Virus record (IMG/VR): IMGVR_UViG_3300009128_000003
Coordinates: 1-64,000 of that record
Length of the DNA: 64,000 bases
Reading direction: 5' to 3' (one strand)
DNA from: a virus
The translations under genes and the position numbers were made by a program. Positions 48,031 through 57,503 of the stretch are shown piece by piece. The notes under the pieces are model-generated. The model worked only from the letters and a program-made list of their open reading frames with translations. It had not been told where the DNA came from and searched no databases. Position 1 is the first letter of the stretch. Each line of letters starts with the position of its first letter.

Positions 48031-48508
48031 CGAACAACCCCTTTCTGGACCGCTTGCAGGTCGCTGTGACTTCAAAACTATGTCCCACTTGTCCGAACAA
48101 TTTTCTTGGCTCCGATAGTTTAACTATCTCGTAGTAAAAATCTCCGTACAAAACAAAGTCTCCTTCTCGAACTTCCATGTTTTGGTCTTCGCTAAGTCGG
48201 CGCTTGTGAAAGTGGACAGAAATCTCCCAAGTCTTGTCAATTCCGGCATTTTCTAGATATGAGGTAGAATAGTCGGTAAACTCAACTAACGCATAAATCC
48301 GCACCGGGGGCAAATACGTCTTTTTAATGGCTTCTCCATAAAGCTCATGGAAATTGGTACGCTCCATATCAATAGAGTAGTATAAAATCTCCTGTCCGAT
48401 GACCTTTTCAATAAGTTCATCATTAACTTGTTTAACAAGGTCACGTTCTTTCTTGCCAAGGAATAAGGGAGGCGGAGGGGCAGCGGGTCTTTTCCAGTCA
48501 TCAGCCAT
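48020..48508 (-). CDS. Neck/head-closure protein (gp14-like)
   Basis: LYGEA..K, REGDFV, YYEI. Confidence 0.75.
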   Translation of the reverse strand: MADDWKRPAAPPPPLFLGKKERDLVKQVNDELIEKVIGQEILYYSIDMERTNFHELYGEAIKKTYLPPVRIYALVEFTDYSTSYLENAGIDKTWEISVHFHKRRLSEDQNMEVREGDFVLYGDFYYEIVKLSEPRKLFGQVGHSFEVTATCKRSRKGLFDAT

Positions 48509-48516
48509 ATGTTATA

Positions 48517-49788
48517 TTATCCCACAAATATCCCCAATGGGGACACCTTAAGCACGTTAGTCGCTGCGTCAGTAACCTCTTGATCAGATTTCGCCAGAGC
48601 CGGGTATTCCATCTCTTTAAGGAGTTCTCGCAACTTATCTTTAAGCTGTGCTTGCTCTTCTTTTGCTTGCGATAGAAGCTCGGAGTGGTTCAAAGTCACA
48701 CTTTCGCCGGGAATAGGGATGGTTGTAAACTTTCCTCGAATCTGACCCAACATCTCTTTGCACACTGCTAGCGCATACTTGCGAATCCACTGTTTTCCGA
48801 TGGAATTGATGTTTTTATAAGGCAGGTTGTCAAACGGCAGTGTATTCATGTTATTAATGCCGCCAACGGAACCCGTATAGGTGGTGGCTTCATATGTGGA
48901 CTCATTATTAACGTAAAACTTCACCCAAACGCGTGTTTGATCCTCTCCGCCCCAATTAGAAGGCGTCGGAGACAATCTCAATTTATTGTCGATGATCTCG
49001 TATGAATAGTTTGAGGTTCTGGTTTGAATAGAGTCTTCGTACATCATGGCTTGCAATTTGTTCTGCCATGTGGGAACAATCTCGAAAGTGGAGTCATCAG
49101 CAAACTGTCCATAAGTAGAGGAGTTACCTACTACCCCAATACCGCCATAATAGCCGTAAAAGCGCCACATAGCGCGTGGAGATCTAAAGAAGACCTGAGT
49201 GACGGTAATGCGTTTTCCTGCAACCATGTTGGCGTACGGAACTGCCGTCCCTCCATCATCTACTCCCGAAGTGGACGCACTTTGGATAATAGCTTGAAGA
49301 TCGTAGTCCTGCTTGTTAGTGCGTGTTTTAAAGGAAGCTGAATACTGCGGAATGGTGCCGCCAAAGCCTGCGGCTGCGGCGCCTCCGTCCCCAACGCGCA
49401 TTGAATAGCCAATCGTGAAGCGCGGATATTTTAAGTTGCGATTAGCTGGACCGGTTTTAAGATCGCCTTTGTGATCAAACGTGCCGGTGGTCTCTCCCAA
49501 GAAGGTTGAGAGTGAGTTCTTACTCTGGTGCAAATTAATGATATATGAGTATTCTAAGACTGCCTCTTCATAGGCAGCGTAGACGTTTTCTGCTGTCAAC
49601 TCAATGTCAACAACATCTCCGCCAAGTTTCTTATAGACATACGGAACTTGCAGCATTGCGCCGCTTAGAAAGTCCGAGGAGCCCGTATAAATTCCGAACG
49701 GGACTGCCGCTGCCACACTAGAATAAGTGCCGGTGGCGGGCAGAATAATAGCACTCGTTTCTGATTTAGGATTAAGATTAATTGGCAT
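48517..49788 (-). CDS. Neck/head-tail adaptor (gp13-like)
   Basis: LGG.VVDIEL, WIRKYALA..KEMLG.IRGKF, G..VTLN; start revised to MPINLN. Confidence 0.85.
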   Translation of the reverse strand: MPINLNPKSETSAIILPATGTYSSVAAAVPFGIYTGSSDFLSGAMLQVPYVYKKLGGDVVDIELTAENVYAAYEEAVLEYSYIINLHQSKNSLSTFLGETTGTFDHKGDLKTGPANRNLKYPRFTIGYSMRVGDGGAAAAGFGGTIPQYSASFKTRTNKQDYDLQAIIQSASTSGVDDGGTAVPYANMVAGKRITVTQVFFRSPRAMWRFYGYYGGIGVVGNSSTYGQFADDSTFEIVPTWQNKLQAMMYEDSIQTRTSNYSYEIIDNKLRLSPTPSNWGGEDQTRVWVKFYVNNESTYEATTYTGSVGGINNMNTLPFDNLPYKNINSIGKQWIRKYALAVCKEMLGQIRGKFTTIPIPGESVTLNHSELLSQAKEEQAQLKDKLRELLKEMEYPALAKSDQEVTDAATNVLKVSPLGIFVG

Positions 49789-49855
49789 GTATGCGCACTC
49801 CCTCACATTAAATAGTAAAGACGGCTACAAAACTCAACGCACAGAAACGTTTATT

Positions 49856-50218
49856 TTATGTCGTTGCTGTGATTGTTTTCTTTTTGGTAGAACGTCGCGT
49901 GGTTTTGCGGGCAGGCGCCTTTTTCTTGGTGGCAGGTTTTGCCTTTGTCTTGGTCTTTTTAAAAACAGGTTCTGGTGCAGCTACAGTCTCAACTGGAGCC
50001 GGCTCTTCTACGACTGGGGTGATCGCCGGTGCAACTGTTTCGACTGGCTCAACCACTTCGGTCGTTACTTCTTCAGTAACGGTTTTAAGGGTCGGCTTTG
50101 CTGCAACAGTTTCCACAGCAGTAGTTGTGGTATTGGCAAACATCTTCACTCGGGGGTGGCTGCTATGTTTTACACCAAACTTATTCTTTGACGATAATAG
50201 TCTTCTTTTCTTTCCCAT
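49856..50218 (-). CDS. Low-complexity Lys/Thr/Pro-rich histone-like protein
   Basis: Basic termini (KKTKTKAKPATKKKAPARK), central VE/P repeats, SD and late motif. Confidence 0.7.
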   Translation of the reverse strand: MGKKRRLLSSKNKFGVKHSSHPRVKMFANTTTTAVETVAAKPTLKTVTEEVTTEVVEPVETVAPAITPVVEEPAPVETVAAPEPVFKKTKTKAKPATKKKAPARKTTRRSTKKKTITATT

Positions 50219-50273
50219 TTGGAACTCCTATGTTTTAGTCCAGTAGTAAATAGTACAAATATCTGAAAAAATG

Positions 50274-50313
50274 AAATCTCAAAAAATTGCCGGCGGTATT
50301 TTTGGAGGGATCG
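50274..50313. repeat. Dispersed intergenic element, copy 2
   Basis: AAATCTCAAAAAA..CCGGCG..TTTGGAGGGATCG; similar to 26494-26533. Confidence 0.6.
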
Positions 50314-50341
50314 CCCTTTTTGCTTTTTTTGCTCGAAATGG

Positions 50342-50372
50342 AAAACCCCCCAACCCAAAAGGGAAGGGGGGG
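50342..50372 (-). terminator. Rho-independent terminator
   Basis: C-run/G-run stem followed by TTTT. Confidence 0.65.
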
Positions 50373-50398
50373 AGAAATATTGAAATATATTTTAATTA

Positions 50399-50899
50399 TT
50401 AGCCAGTAACAGTAGGCACCTCATCTGCAGAGGCAGATGCCATCCACTGAGAGTCGGTTCCATCATCTTGTACACATGTCATATGTACTCTAGCACCGAT
50501 TCCGGTCTCGGCGATTAGCGTTATAGTCTTGCCGGCAAGATCAACTGTCGGATATGGATTGTTACCATAGTGCACTATCTCGCATTGAAAGTCGTTGGTT
50601 CCGCTGCCATTCAAGTTAAATGTCACCGTCTTGCCCGAACCGACTGGGGCAGTCACAAGAAATGAATAGTGCAGTCCCACATTTCCCGTGCTCGGGGTCG
50701 GTAGATTAACTACAATGTCGTCCGTGCCATCAATGTTAAAATGTGTTCCTCCTTGTGCCGCGGTCAACGTAACTGTTGCCCCTGACGCAGTATTTAATGT
50801 GCTATTATCCACTTTTTTGCGTGGTGAAGAAAGCTGATTTGCTGTGTTTTCGTTAATCAGGCTACGAATTCGTGCCCAACCTACTCTTTTTGTTCCCAT
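50399..50899 (-). CDS. Probable virion (head decoration-like) beta protein
   Basis: Late motif, AAGGAG SD, LP...G..Y.F beta pattern, next to capsid gene. Confidence 0.6.
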   Translation of the reverse strand: MGTKRVGWARIRSLINENTANQLSSPRKKVDNSTLNTASGATVTLTAAQGGTHFNIDGTDDIVVNLPTPSTGNVGLHYSFLVTAPVGSGKTVTFNLNGSGTNDFQCEIVHYGNNPYPTVDLAGKTITLIAETGIGARVHMTCVQDDGTDSQWMASASADEVPTVTG

Positions 50900-51021
50900 A
50901 ATATATGTTCTCCTTATAAAATATTAATTAGGTCAATTAACGAAGGGATTTCTCCCCTCGCACATAAGTAGTACCCGGCGGTAAACAAAGTCCGGGTTAA
51001 AAACTAATACTTTTGAGATAT

Positions 51022-51390
51022 CTAGGTTGTGATGTATCGCACGGCTACATTAGCATCGGGATCGGTTGTGCTGGATTCGGCGGCAGTCTTGGTGCACCAG
51101 TGGCTAAAGCCGTTCGAAAACGTGATCCCAGTCGGAAACGCAAAACTCATTTTTGTTGAAGCTGGAACCATCAACACCAATCCGGCTGCTGTAGTGCCTG
51201 CTGTCGCATCAGTCACGTCCGCCATCTTAAAATACACGACAAAAGCATTTCCTGTGTTATCGACCTCGACCATATAAAGTATGCCGGAGTCACCGGTGGT
51301 GTTGTCTGCAGCGGTACCGTCTGCATCGCTATCGTAAACGAGCTTAGTTCCGATGGGATTTACTTGAGTGCTAACTGTGACAGTAGACAT
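51022..51390 (-). CDS. Probable virion beta-sandwich protein
   Basis: AAGGAG SD, late-motif variant, T/A/G-rich. Confidence 0.6.
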   Translation of the reverse strand: MSTVTVSTQVNPIGTKLVYDSDADGTAADNTTGDSGILYMVEVDNTGNAFVVYFKMADVTDATAGTTAAGLVLMVPASTKMSFAFPTGITFSNGFSHWCTKTAAESSTTDPDANVAVRYITT

Positions 51391-51436
51391 AATGAATGCT
51401 CCTTTGAGTTGTTATAATATATAGTCTCTTGAAAGC

Positions 51437-51472
51437 AAAAAACCCGCCCTCCGAAGAGAGCGGGTTTCTTTT
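51437..51472 (-). terminator. Strong terminator after major capsid gene
   Basis: AAACCCGCTCTC-TTCG-GAGGGCGGGTTTTTT, cUUCGg tetraloop. Confidence 0.9.
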
Positions 51473-51488
51473 AAGCAATTACCAGTGT

Positions 51489-53294
51489 TTAGCTAGTAGC
51501 GCCTGCCTCACCGAGGAGTCCGCGGACGATAACAAGACCGTACATATCAGGACGCACCATCTTCTTAGCGTAGCGCGTCATGACTCCCTTGCGGGGCACG
51601 AAGTCTTCGGGTCCGAAGATTGTGGGTGTAGTTTGCAGCGGCACGTACGGAGCGTACACATATCCACTTTCAAGGAAAGAGGATCCGCGACGTCCAACGA
51701 GGACCACGTTGCGAAGGAAGTACGGGTCAACAATGACATCGAACTTCTTGCTCAGTGAACCAACGTTTACAGCACCGACGCTACCCTTCTCATCATCATG
51801 AGTGACGTTAGCACGGAAGCCAGCGGTGAACTCAAGAATGTTGGCAACTTCAGGTCCGCAGACGAGGAAGTTAGCGCCACCACGCAGAGTCTTGCGATGG
51901 ATTTGTGCAGACACATCATTGATGGTCTCGATAAGGGTCTCATACCACTCGGAAACAGTACCGGTGAAGTCGGGAGCCGCAGAAGCAGCACCGATCTCAG
52001 TACCAGTTACCTTGTTGAGGAACAAGCCGGGGGAACGCGACCAGTAGTAGGTAGCACCCTTAGCACCGTTCACAAGGTCACCGAGGATCTCACGGTCGAT
52101 CTCAAGAGCAACTTGCTCAGAGAGAATCGAGGTAAGCTCGACCTCAGCATCAAGGTTGTGATAGGCGTTAAGGTCTTGACCTAACTCCGGAGTCCACTTA
52201 GCCTTGAGCTTCTTGGTTTGCGCTGTGACAGCCACAGAGTCGACCTTGATGTCGATTTCTGGGATGGCAGCGTTACCTTCGAGCCCCCATGCAGTAGCAC
52301 CCTCGATTGCACCGAGAGGACCAGCCGCTTGGAATCTATCAACGATAGGACCAGAAGCGGACATATACGGACCAGAAAGACTCGTTGCCTTCTGTGCGGC
52401 AGTCGTCAGGAAGATCTGGTTAACATAAGTTGCGCTATCTTCTGCAGACTTGCTCAAGGTTGTCAAACGACGAGCCTGTTGGCAATTATCTGCCGTGATG
52501 GTTGTGGATGTTGCAAAGACGTTATCCAACTGCTCGATGGAAGACGAGAGAGCCGCGAGGTTGTCAAAGTCAAATGTACCAACCGTCGGAGACGATGCAG
52601 TAAGATGATCCTTGTTAACCGTAACACGAACAACCCATGTTGCCGTAGCAGTACTTGAGGATAGAGTCAGAACATCCGGATCAAATCCGATCTTCTTCTT
52701 TTGAAGCTCGGAAGAGCCAGTGACACCCCAAACTTCGACCCACTGGGTCGCGAGACCAAAGGCTCCTGTCGGAGATGCATATGCATAACCGCGAGCACCA
52801 ACCGTCCGTGCACCACCGAGGTCACCCTCGATAGAGCCAAGCAGATCGATACCACCAGTCACTTGCATACCAACTTCGTCAGAACCGTAAATTGACTTGT
52901 TGCCAATATTACCCATTCTCTTCGCGTCCTCGTCTGAAGCACCGGCAATATCCGGTGAGAACACGAAGTCGAGGAAGAAGATGAGACCGCTTGGCAGACT
53001 CATCGGCTGAACACTAACGAGATCGTTTGCGATCAGCCCTGCGAAAACACGCCGAACGATGGGGAATGCGACGGCAGCAAAGCCCTCAACATCTCCAGCA
53101 CTCATGCTACTACTCTCGCGTAGAAGCTCTTTCGCTTGATTTTCAAGCAAACGAGCCATTGAATTTTTTTGTCGGTCATTTCCAAGTCCTTCGAGAAGAC
53201 CTGTGCGCTCCCACTTTGACATCAAAGCGTGACCTTCAGCGCGCATATCACGGTTAACAACTCCTTCGGTTAACCGTTCAACAATACCAGCCAT
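51489..53294 (-). CDS. Major capsid protein (T4 gp23-like)
   Basis: LLENQ, P.VRR, VQPM..PSGLIF, KLKAKWTPE..QDL, EIDREI, YAPYVPL, GVMTRY. Confidence 0.97.
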   Translation of the reverse strand: MAGIVERLTEGVVNRDMRAEGHALMSKWERTGLLEGLGNDRQKNSMARLLENQAKELLRESSSMSAGDVEGFAAVAFPIVRRVFAGLIANDLVSVQPMSLPSGLIFFLDFVFSPDIAGASDEDAKRMGNIGNKSIYGSDEVGMQVTGGIDLLGSIEGDLGGARTVGARGYAYASPTGAFGLATQWVEVWGVTGSSELQKKKIGFDPDVLTLSSSTATATWVVRVTVNKDHLTASSPTVGTFDFDNLAALSSSIEQLDNVFATSTTITADNCQQARRLTTLSKSAEDSATYVNQIFLTTAAQKATSLSGPYMSASGPIVDRFQAAGPLGAIEGATAWGLEGNAAIPEIDIKVDSVAVTAQTKKLKAKWTPELGQDLNAYHNLDAEVELTSILSEQVALEIDREILGDLVNGAKGATYYWSRSPGLFLNKVTGTEIGAASAAPDFTGTVSEWYETLIETINDVSAQIHRKTLRGGANFLVCGPEVANILEFTAGFRANVTHDDEKGSVGAVNVGSLSKKFDVIVDPYFLRNVVLVGRRGSSFLESGYVYAPYVPLQTTPTIFGPEDFVPRKGVMTRYAKKMVRPDMYGLVIVRGLLGEAGATS

Positions 53295-53325
53295 TTTTAA
53301 TACCTCCTATTTATATGTATTTGCA

Positions 53326-54471
53326 TCATTTGATGCCAGCTAGCCTCTTCATCCTTTCATTGAAAGGATCCGAGGGCGTGCTCTCTTGACGAGTTGCACG
53401 CAAAACAGAAGTCCGACGACCGATTGCTTCGCTCAGTGATTGTGGGCTTCGCTTAGGCTTAGCCTCCACTGTGCTTTCAAGCGTGTGGTATATTGTCTTC
53501 GCTTCTGCTACTGAACCAGCGTTTGAAATCGCTTCGGCAATCTTAGTTTTCTGCCGCTCATTTAGGGAGGTATTTCTTAGCACACGGTTCGTATATAACA
53601 AGCGAGCGTTAGAAAGATTCACATCTTGTAAATTTTCCTTAAGCTCGTTAAATGCTTGCTTATATTGTGAGTTTTGCTCGTTGAGTTGGTTATTTTCGAA
53701 AACCAACTCTTCTTGAGCCTTCTTCAAATCTTTTAATTCTTCTTCCATATCAGTGGAACGTCGATGGGCTAATGCTTTTTCCATTTCCCACTTCACACTG
53801 TCAGAGGAGCGACCAGCCCAGCCGGCAAGTTCTGCTCCCATATCTACTGTAAGCTTTTCCACGATGGCATCGATGAGTTCGTCGTTTCCAACACCCTCTT
53901 CAAATGCGCCTTTCTGGGCAGCATCGGTGGCGTTGACGGCTGCGGCACTGCCTGCGAGGGCGGCGGCACTATCATCATCGTCATCTTCTTCTTCATCGGC
54001 TTCTTCGCCGGCGAAAGAACCAGAGTCTTCAACTTCTTGAAGCTCCTCTTCTTCCTCTTCAAACAAGGCAGCGAGTTCTTCTTCATTGATCTCCACCTCT
54101 TCTTGCTCTTCTAATTCGTTTTCTAATGCCTTGACAGCTTCTTGTAGTGCATCAAGATCGATGTTTACTGGAACTTCCTCTCCTTCTGTCGGAAGACCGG
54201 GAGGAATTTCCCCTTCCTCCTCATTAAGGTTGTCTGTTGCGGCAAGCGGGATGTTGGCGGCTACTTCTTCTGTGGAACCTGCTGGTTCTCCCCCAAGCGC
54301 TGGCTCTTCTGCTCCTAGATCGGCAGCCAGCTCATCTTGTTCTAAAAGTTGTTCGAGAGTTTCTCGGACTTCGCTCGAATACTTCTCAATGATAGCAGTC
54401 TCGGCGTTTTTCAAGGCGGAATCACGTAGCGCTTTGGCGTCGACGATAGCTTCCTTAAGTAAATTTGACAT
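53326..54471 (-). CDS. Prohead core/scaffold protein
   Basis: Acidic coiled coil directly upstream of MCP; LLKEAIVDAK, NL.NARLLY.N, ends RMKRLAGIK. Confidence 0.85.
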   Translation of the reverse strand: MSNLLKEAIVDAKALRDSALKNAETAIIEKYSSEVRETLEQLLEQDELAADLGAEEPALGGEPAGSTEEVAANIPLAATDNLNEEEGEIPPGLPTEGEEVPVNIDLDALQEAVKALENELEEQEEVEINEEELAALFEEEEEELQEVEDSGSFAGEEADEEEDDDDDSAAALAGSAAAVNATDAAQKGAFEEGVGNDELIDAIVEKLTVDMGAELAGWAGRSSDSVKWEMEKALAHRRSTDMEEELKDLKKAQEELVFENNQLNEQNSQYKQAFNELKENLQDVNLSNARLLYTNRVLRNTSLNERQKTKIAEAISNAGSVAEAKTIYHTLESTVEAKPKRSPQSLSEAIGRRTSVLRATRQESTPSDPFNERMKRLAGIK

Positions 54472-54502
54472 TCAGTATGCTCCTAAAAGGCAATTGTTCA
54501 AA

Positions 54503-54511
54503 ATAAATAGT
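54503..54511 (-). promoter_or_regulatory. Putative late promoter motif ACTATTTAT (scaffold/capsid operon); representative of ~19 copies
   Basis: Same motif upstream of most structural genes; see finding. Confidence 0.75.
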
Positions 54512-54587
54512 CAGTAGGGTACTAAAAACCCATTTTTAATGATATGCGCGCGGCGTACTAATTGCCACAGTAGTTTATTCGTCTATA

Positions 54588-55595
54588 TTAAAAAGGCTTC
54601 ACCTTATTGTAGTCTATCACAAGAACTTCTTCCGCGGAGGTGTGTCGCAGTGTCCACGACTCGCCGTTGTCGGTTGATGTGTGGACTTTGTTGTCTTTAC
54701 CTCCGCATACAATTGTTGTTCCATCTGACGCTAATGCCATAATTTGACCAGCGCTCGGGGTGGCCACATCGGTGGTGGTCCACGATGCGCAGTTGTCTGT
54801 TGACAGGTATGGCTGATTGCCGAAGTTGGCAGTCATCCACGTATCTCCGGAGATATGGCAGATTGCCCACATTTGTTCAGAGATGCCCGTTACGGCGCTC
54901 CAAGTATCTGTTGTATCGCTATTCGCAATCGAAGTTATACGGTAGGAGGTGGTACCATGACCGGTCATAAACCATACTCCGTTGTTATACTCGATGCCGT
55001 TCGCTCGCGTGGCGGTAGATTCGTACCAATTTAAGCCGTCATCCCATGATTTAAGAACCTTTACTGTGCCCCCAAGCAGCCAAGTTCCTGCACCGTCAGT
55101 TGCCAAGCAGAGCATCAGACCGGCGCCAGAAGCCACTGCGGTAATCTTGGTCCAGCTGTCGCCGCCATCAGTTGATCTAAACACATCATTACCTGTTCCG
55201 GCAATCCAAGTCCCGGTGGCGCCATATTCGACTGTTCGAGCCAAATCGCTGGTGCCGGAGAAATCGATTGATGACCAAGAACCGGAGTTTGTAGGGTCTG
55301 CTGAGTACCTGAGTTCCGGGTTTGTATTGGTAGCAATAATCCAACGCGGACCATCGGAGTCGTCCTTTCCAAAAGATATGTCCCAGTAATCCGACGTTTC
55401 TCCGGCTGGGCTTTCATACTCAGTCCAACTTTCAGCATCTGATGAATACATTACACGACCGTCTCTTCCAACTCCGGTCCACAATGGGACGTGGGCGCTG
55501 GCGCCATTGATACTTTGAATGGAATTCGCGGCAACATCGTTCACCGATGCAATATTGTCATCATCAGTCCCGTTTACTGATGTGTAATTAGCCAT
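54588..55595 (-). CDS. Asp-box/BNR beta-propeller, probable receptor-binding tip
   Basis: Repeated S.D.G.(S/T)W motifs (RSTDGGDSW, SWDDGLNW, STDNGESW). Confidence 0.8.
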   Translation of the reverse strand: MANYTSVNGTDDDNIASVNDVAANSIQSINGASAHVPLWTGVGRDGRVMYSSDAESWTEYESPAGETSDYWDISFGKDDSDGPRWIIATNTNPELRYSADPTNSGSWSSIDFSGTSDLARTVEYGATGTWIAGTGNDVFRSTDGGDSWTKITAVASGAGLMLCLATDGAGTWLLGGTVKVLKSWDDGLNWYESTATRANGIEYNNGVWFMTGHGTTSYRITSIANSDTTDTWSAVTGISEQMWAICHISGDTWMTANFGNQPYLSTDNCASWTTTDVATPSAGQIMALASDGTTIVCGGKDNKVHTSTDNGESWTLRHTSAEEVLVIDYNKVKPF

Positions 55596-57346
55596 TAAAC
55601 AATTACCAGATAATCCGGGCTCGGATTAAAATATATCACATTTGCTGTGGTTGTGCAGGTGCCAATGACCCTTAGCGATTCTCCCGACCCTGACGGGCGG
55701 TCGGTGGTAATCCCTCCGCTAGCAGTCAAGTATAACGTTGTTCCAATTGCAAACCCTCCCGATAAATATGTGTGGGCATCAAAAAATCCACGAATTAACA
55801 TTCCATCGGATGCGGGAGATGTTCCCAGAGCCACTCCTATCATTCCAAGACCGCCAGATGCGGCGATCATAATGCTTGTTTCTTCCCAGTCGCCACTAGA
55901 GTGGAGATAATAGGTCTTACCTTTAACTGTCGTTCCTCCACCAAAGAGGACTATTTCGCCGGTGCCCGCATCGTTAGCCAAAGAAGTTGGATTGTGTCGG
56001 ATGGTTAACCCAGCCCCATCGAACGTCAAACCCGACTCACCATTAATGGATCCGGAACCGGCAGATGTTAACACATAGTTATCGGTGGCGTTCGTATAAG
56101 TTGATATGAGTCCACCGCCGCCGGCTACATTAGTAAGGTGTCTCCCGTCGCCATAGAAATATGACGCGCTGACTGAAAGTGAGCAACTGAGGGGGACTGA
56201 TGCCGTGAGCGCAGTTCTACCCCCATCTAAAGCGAAGTAGGTGGTTGAAACTCCGCCGGGCTTTGCTTTAAGTTCAAGGTCTCCACCGGTGGCGTCTTGT
56301 GCCATAATAAAATTTCCACCGGAGCCGAGCTTAACATATGATTTGGCGACGCCGGCGGTTCCAAATCTCACAAACGCGTCCGAACTACCGCCGCCATCCA
56401 CAAACACCGTGGTGCCTCCGGCGCCGTTAACGTGTAAATCATAACTTGGGTCGTTGGTGTTGATGCCTACGTTGCCTGTGATATATGCGCCGGCGCTGGC
56501 GGTTAGTTTATTCGTTTTAATCTCGCCAGAGCCCGTATAGTCCATTGCTATAATGCGATAACCAGAACCACTGAGGTCTGAGCCATCGAAGGTGAGTGCA
56601 GAACCATTCACTGTATTGGATGTGGCGGCGCCCACTACTATTTTGTATTGTCCAGCGCTACTGTATGTTGTAATGGGACTAAATGTAAGGTTGCTTTGTA
56701 GGTACGTCGCCAACGTTCCCACGGTCATGCTTCGGAGTGCGGGCGCTGATGGGTTTGCGCCGGCGACGTCTTGTACAAAGAGCTTATCGCCAGTTGCCAA
56801 TGATTGACCGTTATTAGAGATATCATATGTAGTCGTGGCATCAAGCATCAATGTGGTGGCGTTAAAGTTTAAACCACCGTATGTGTCTAGACTTGGTTTA
56901 ATTCCTCCGGCATTTACCACAATGCCGGCGCCGCCTGATACAGCGAGGACGCCACTATCAGACCGCAGCCCATCTCCAAACTTAATGCTCGATGCGCTGA
57001 TGGTTGTCGTAAAGCGATCTCCGCGCAGGGCGGTTAGCCCGGCGCCTGAGCCTGTGAATGCGCCCGTGAGGGTTGTGCCGTTAAAGGTAAGGTTGGCGCT
57101 ACCCTCTAACCCCGAAGCTCCATTAAAAAACGAAACACGAGTGGCTGATGCGTTCGTAACACTATTGACCACGGGCGCTGTTATTTGGTTGCCCGCCCCG
57201 TCATATAAAGCCACACTCGATGTAATTGCACTAGTAAAAGTTTTAACTCCGCCTATGCTTTGTGCTGTGGTTTGATCCACTGTGTTTTCTAGGGAGCCGT
57301 TGTCTCCCGTAAATTCAACGTTGCCTTTTAAAATATTGTAAGCCAT
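55595..57346 (-). CDS. Fibre protein
   Basis: Repeated N...LTF(D/N)G units, GNVGINT.DP, YFYGDG, C-terminal IYFNPS domain. Confidence 0.7.
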   Translation of the reverse strand: MAYNILKGNVEFTGDNGSLENTVDQTTAQSIGGVKTFTSAITSSVALYDGAGNQITAPVVNSVTNASATRVSFFNGASGLEGSANLTFNGTTLTGAFTGSGAGLTALRGDRFTTTISASSIKFGDGLRSDSGVLAVSGGAGIVVNAGGIKPSLDTYGGLNFNATTLMLDATTTYDISNNGQSLATGDKLFVQDVAGANPSAPALRSMTVGTLATYLQSNLTFSPITTYSSAGQYKIVVGAATSNTVNGSALTFDGSDLSGSGYRIIAMDYTGSGEIKTNKLTASAGAYITGNVGINTNDPSYDLHVNGAGGTTVFVDGGGSSDAFVRFGTAGVAKSYVKLGSGGNFIMAQDATGGDLELKAKPGGVSTTYFALDGGRTALTASVPLSCSLSVSASYFYGDGRHLTNVAGGGGLISTYTNATDNYVLTSAGSGSINGESGLTFDGAGLTIRHNPTSLANDAGTGEIVLFGGGTTVKGKTYYLHSSGDWEETSIMIAASGGLGMIGVALGTSPASDGMLIRGFFDAHTYLSGGFAIGTTLYLTASGGITTDRPSGSGESLRVIGTCTTTANVIYFNPSPDYLVIV

Positions 57347-57431
57347 TCAGATATTGTTCCTTGGTGTCTATAAATAGATAGTCCGTTTCTTTGCGAGACC
57401 TCCATTTAAAACTCATCTATAAGTAGTCTCC

Positions 57432-57464
57432 AAAAAAGAGGACGCCCCCACAAGGAGGGCGCCC
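57432..57464 (-). terminator. Rho-independent terminator
   Basis: GGGCGCCCTC-CTTGT-GGGGGCGTCC followed by TCTTTTTT. Confidence 0.8.
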
Positions 57465-57503
57465 AATATAGAAGATAAATCTTCCGGATTGCAAAAGCAA
57501 ATC

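Noticed and set aside
53306-53316. Sense-strand TATAAATA (true T4 late orientation) before the major capsid gene
   Set aside because: Only such case noticed, and it runs into the AGGAGG SD, leaving no room for a leader; probably AT-rich spacer plus SD
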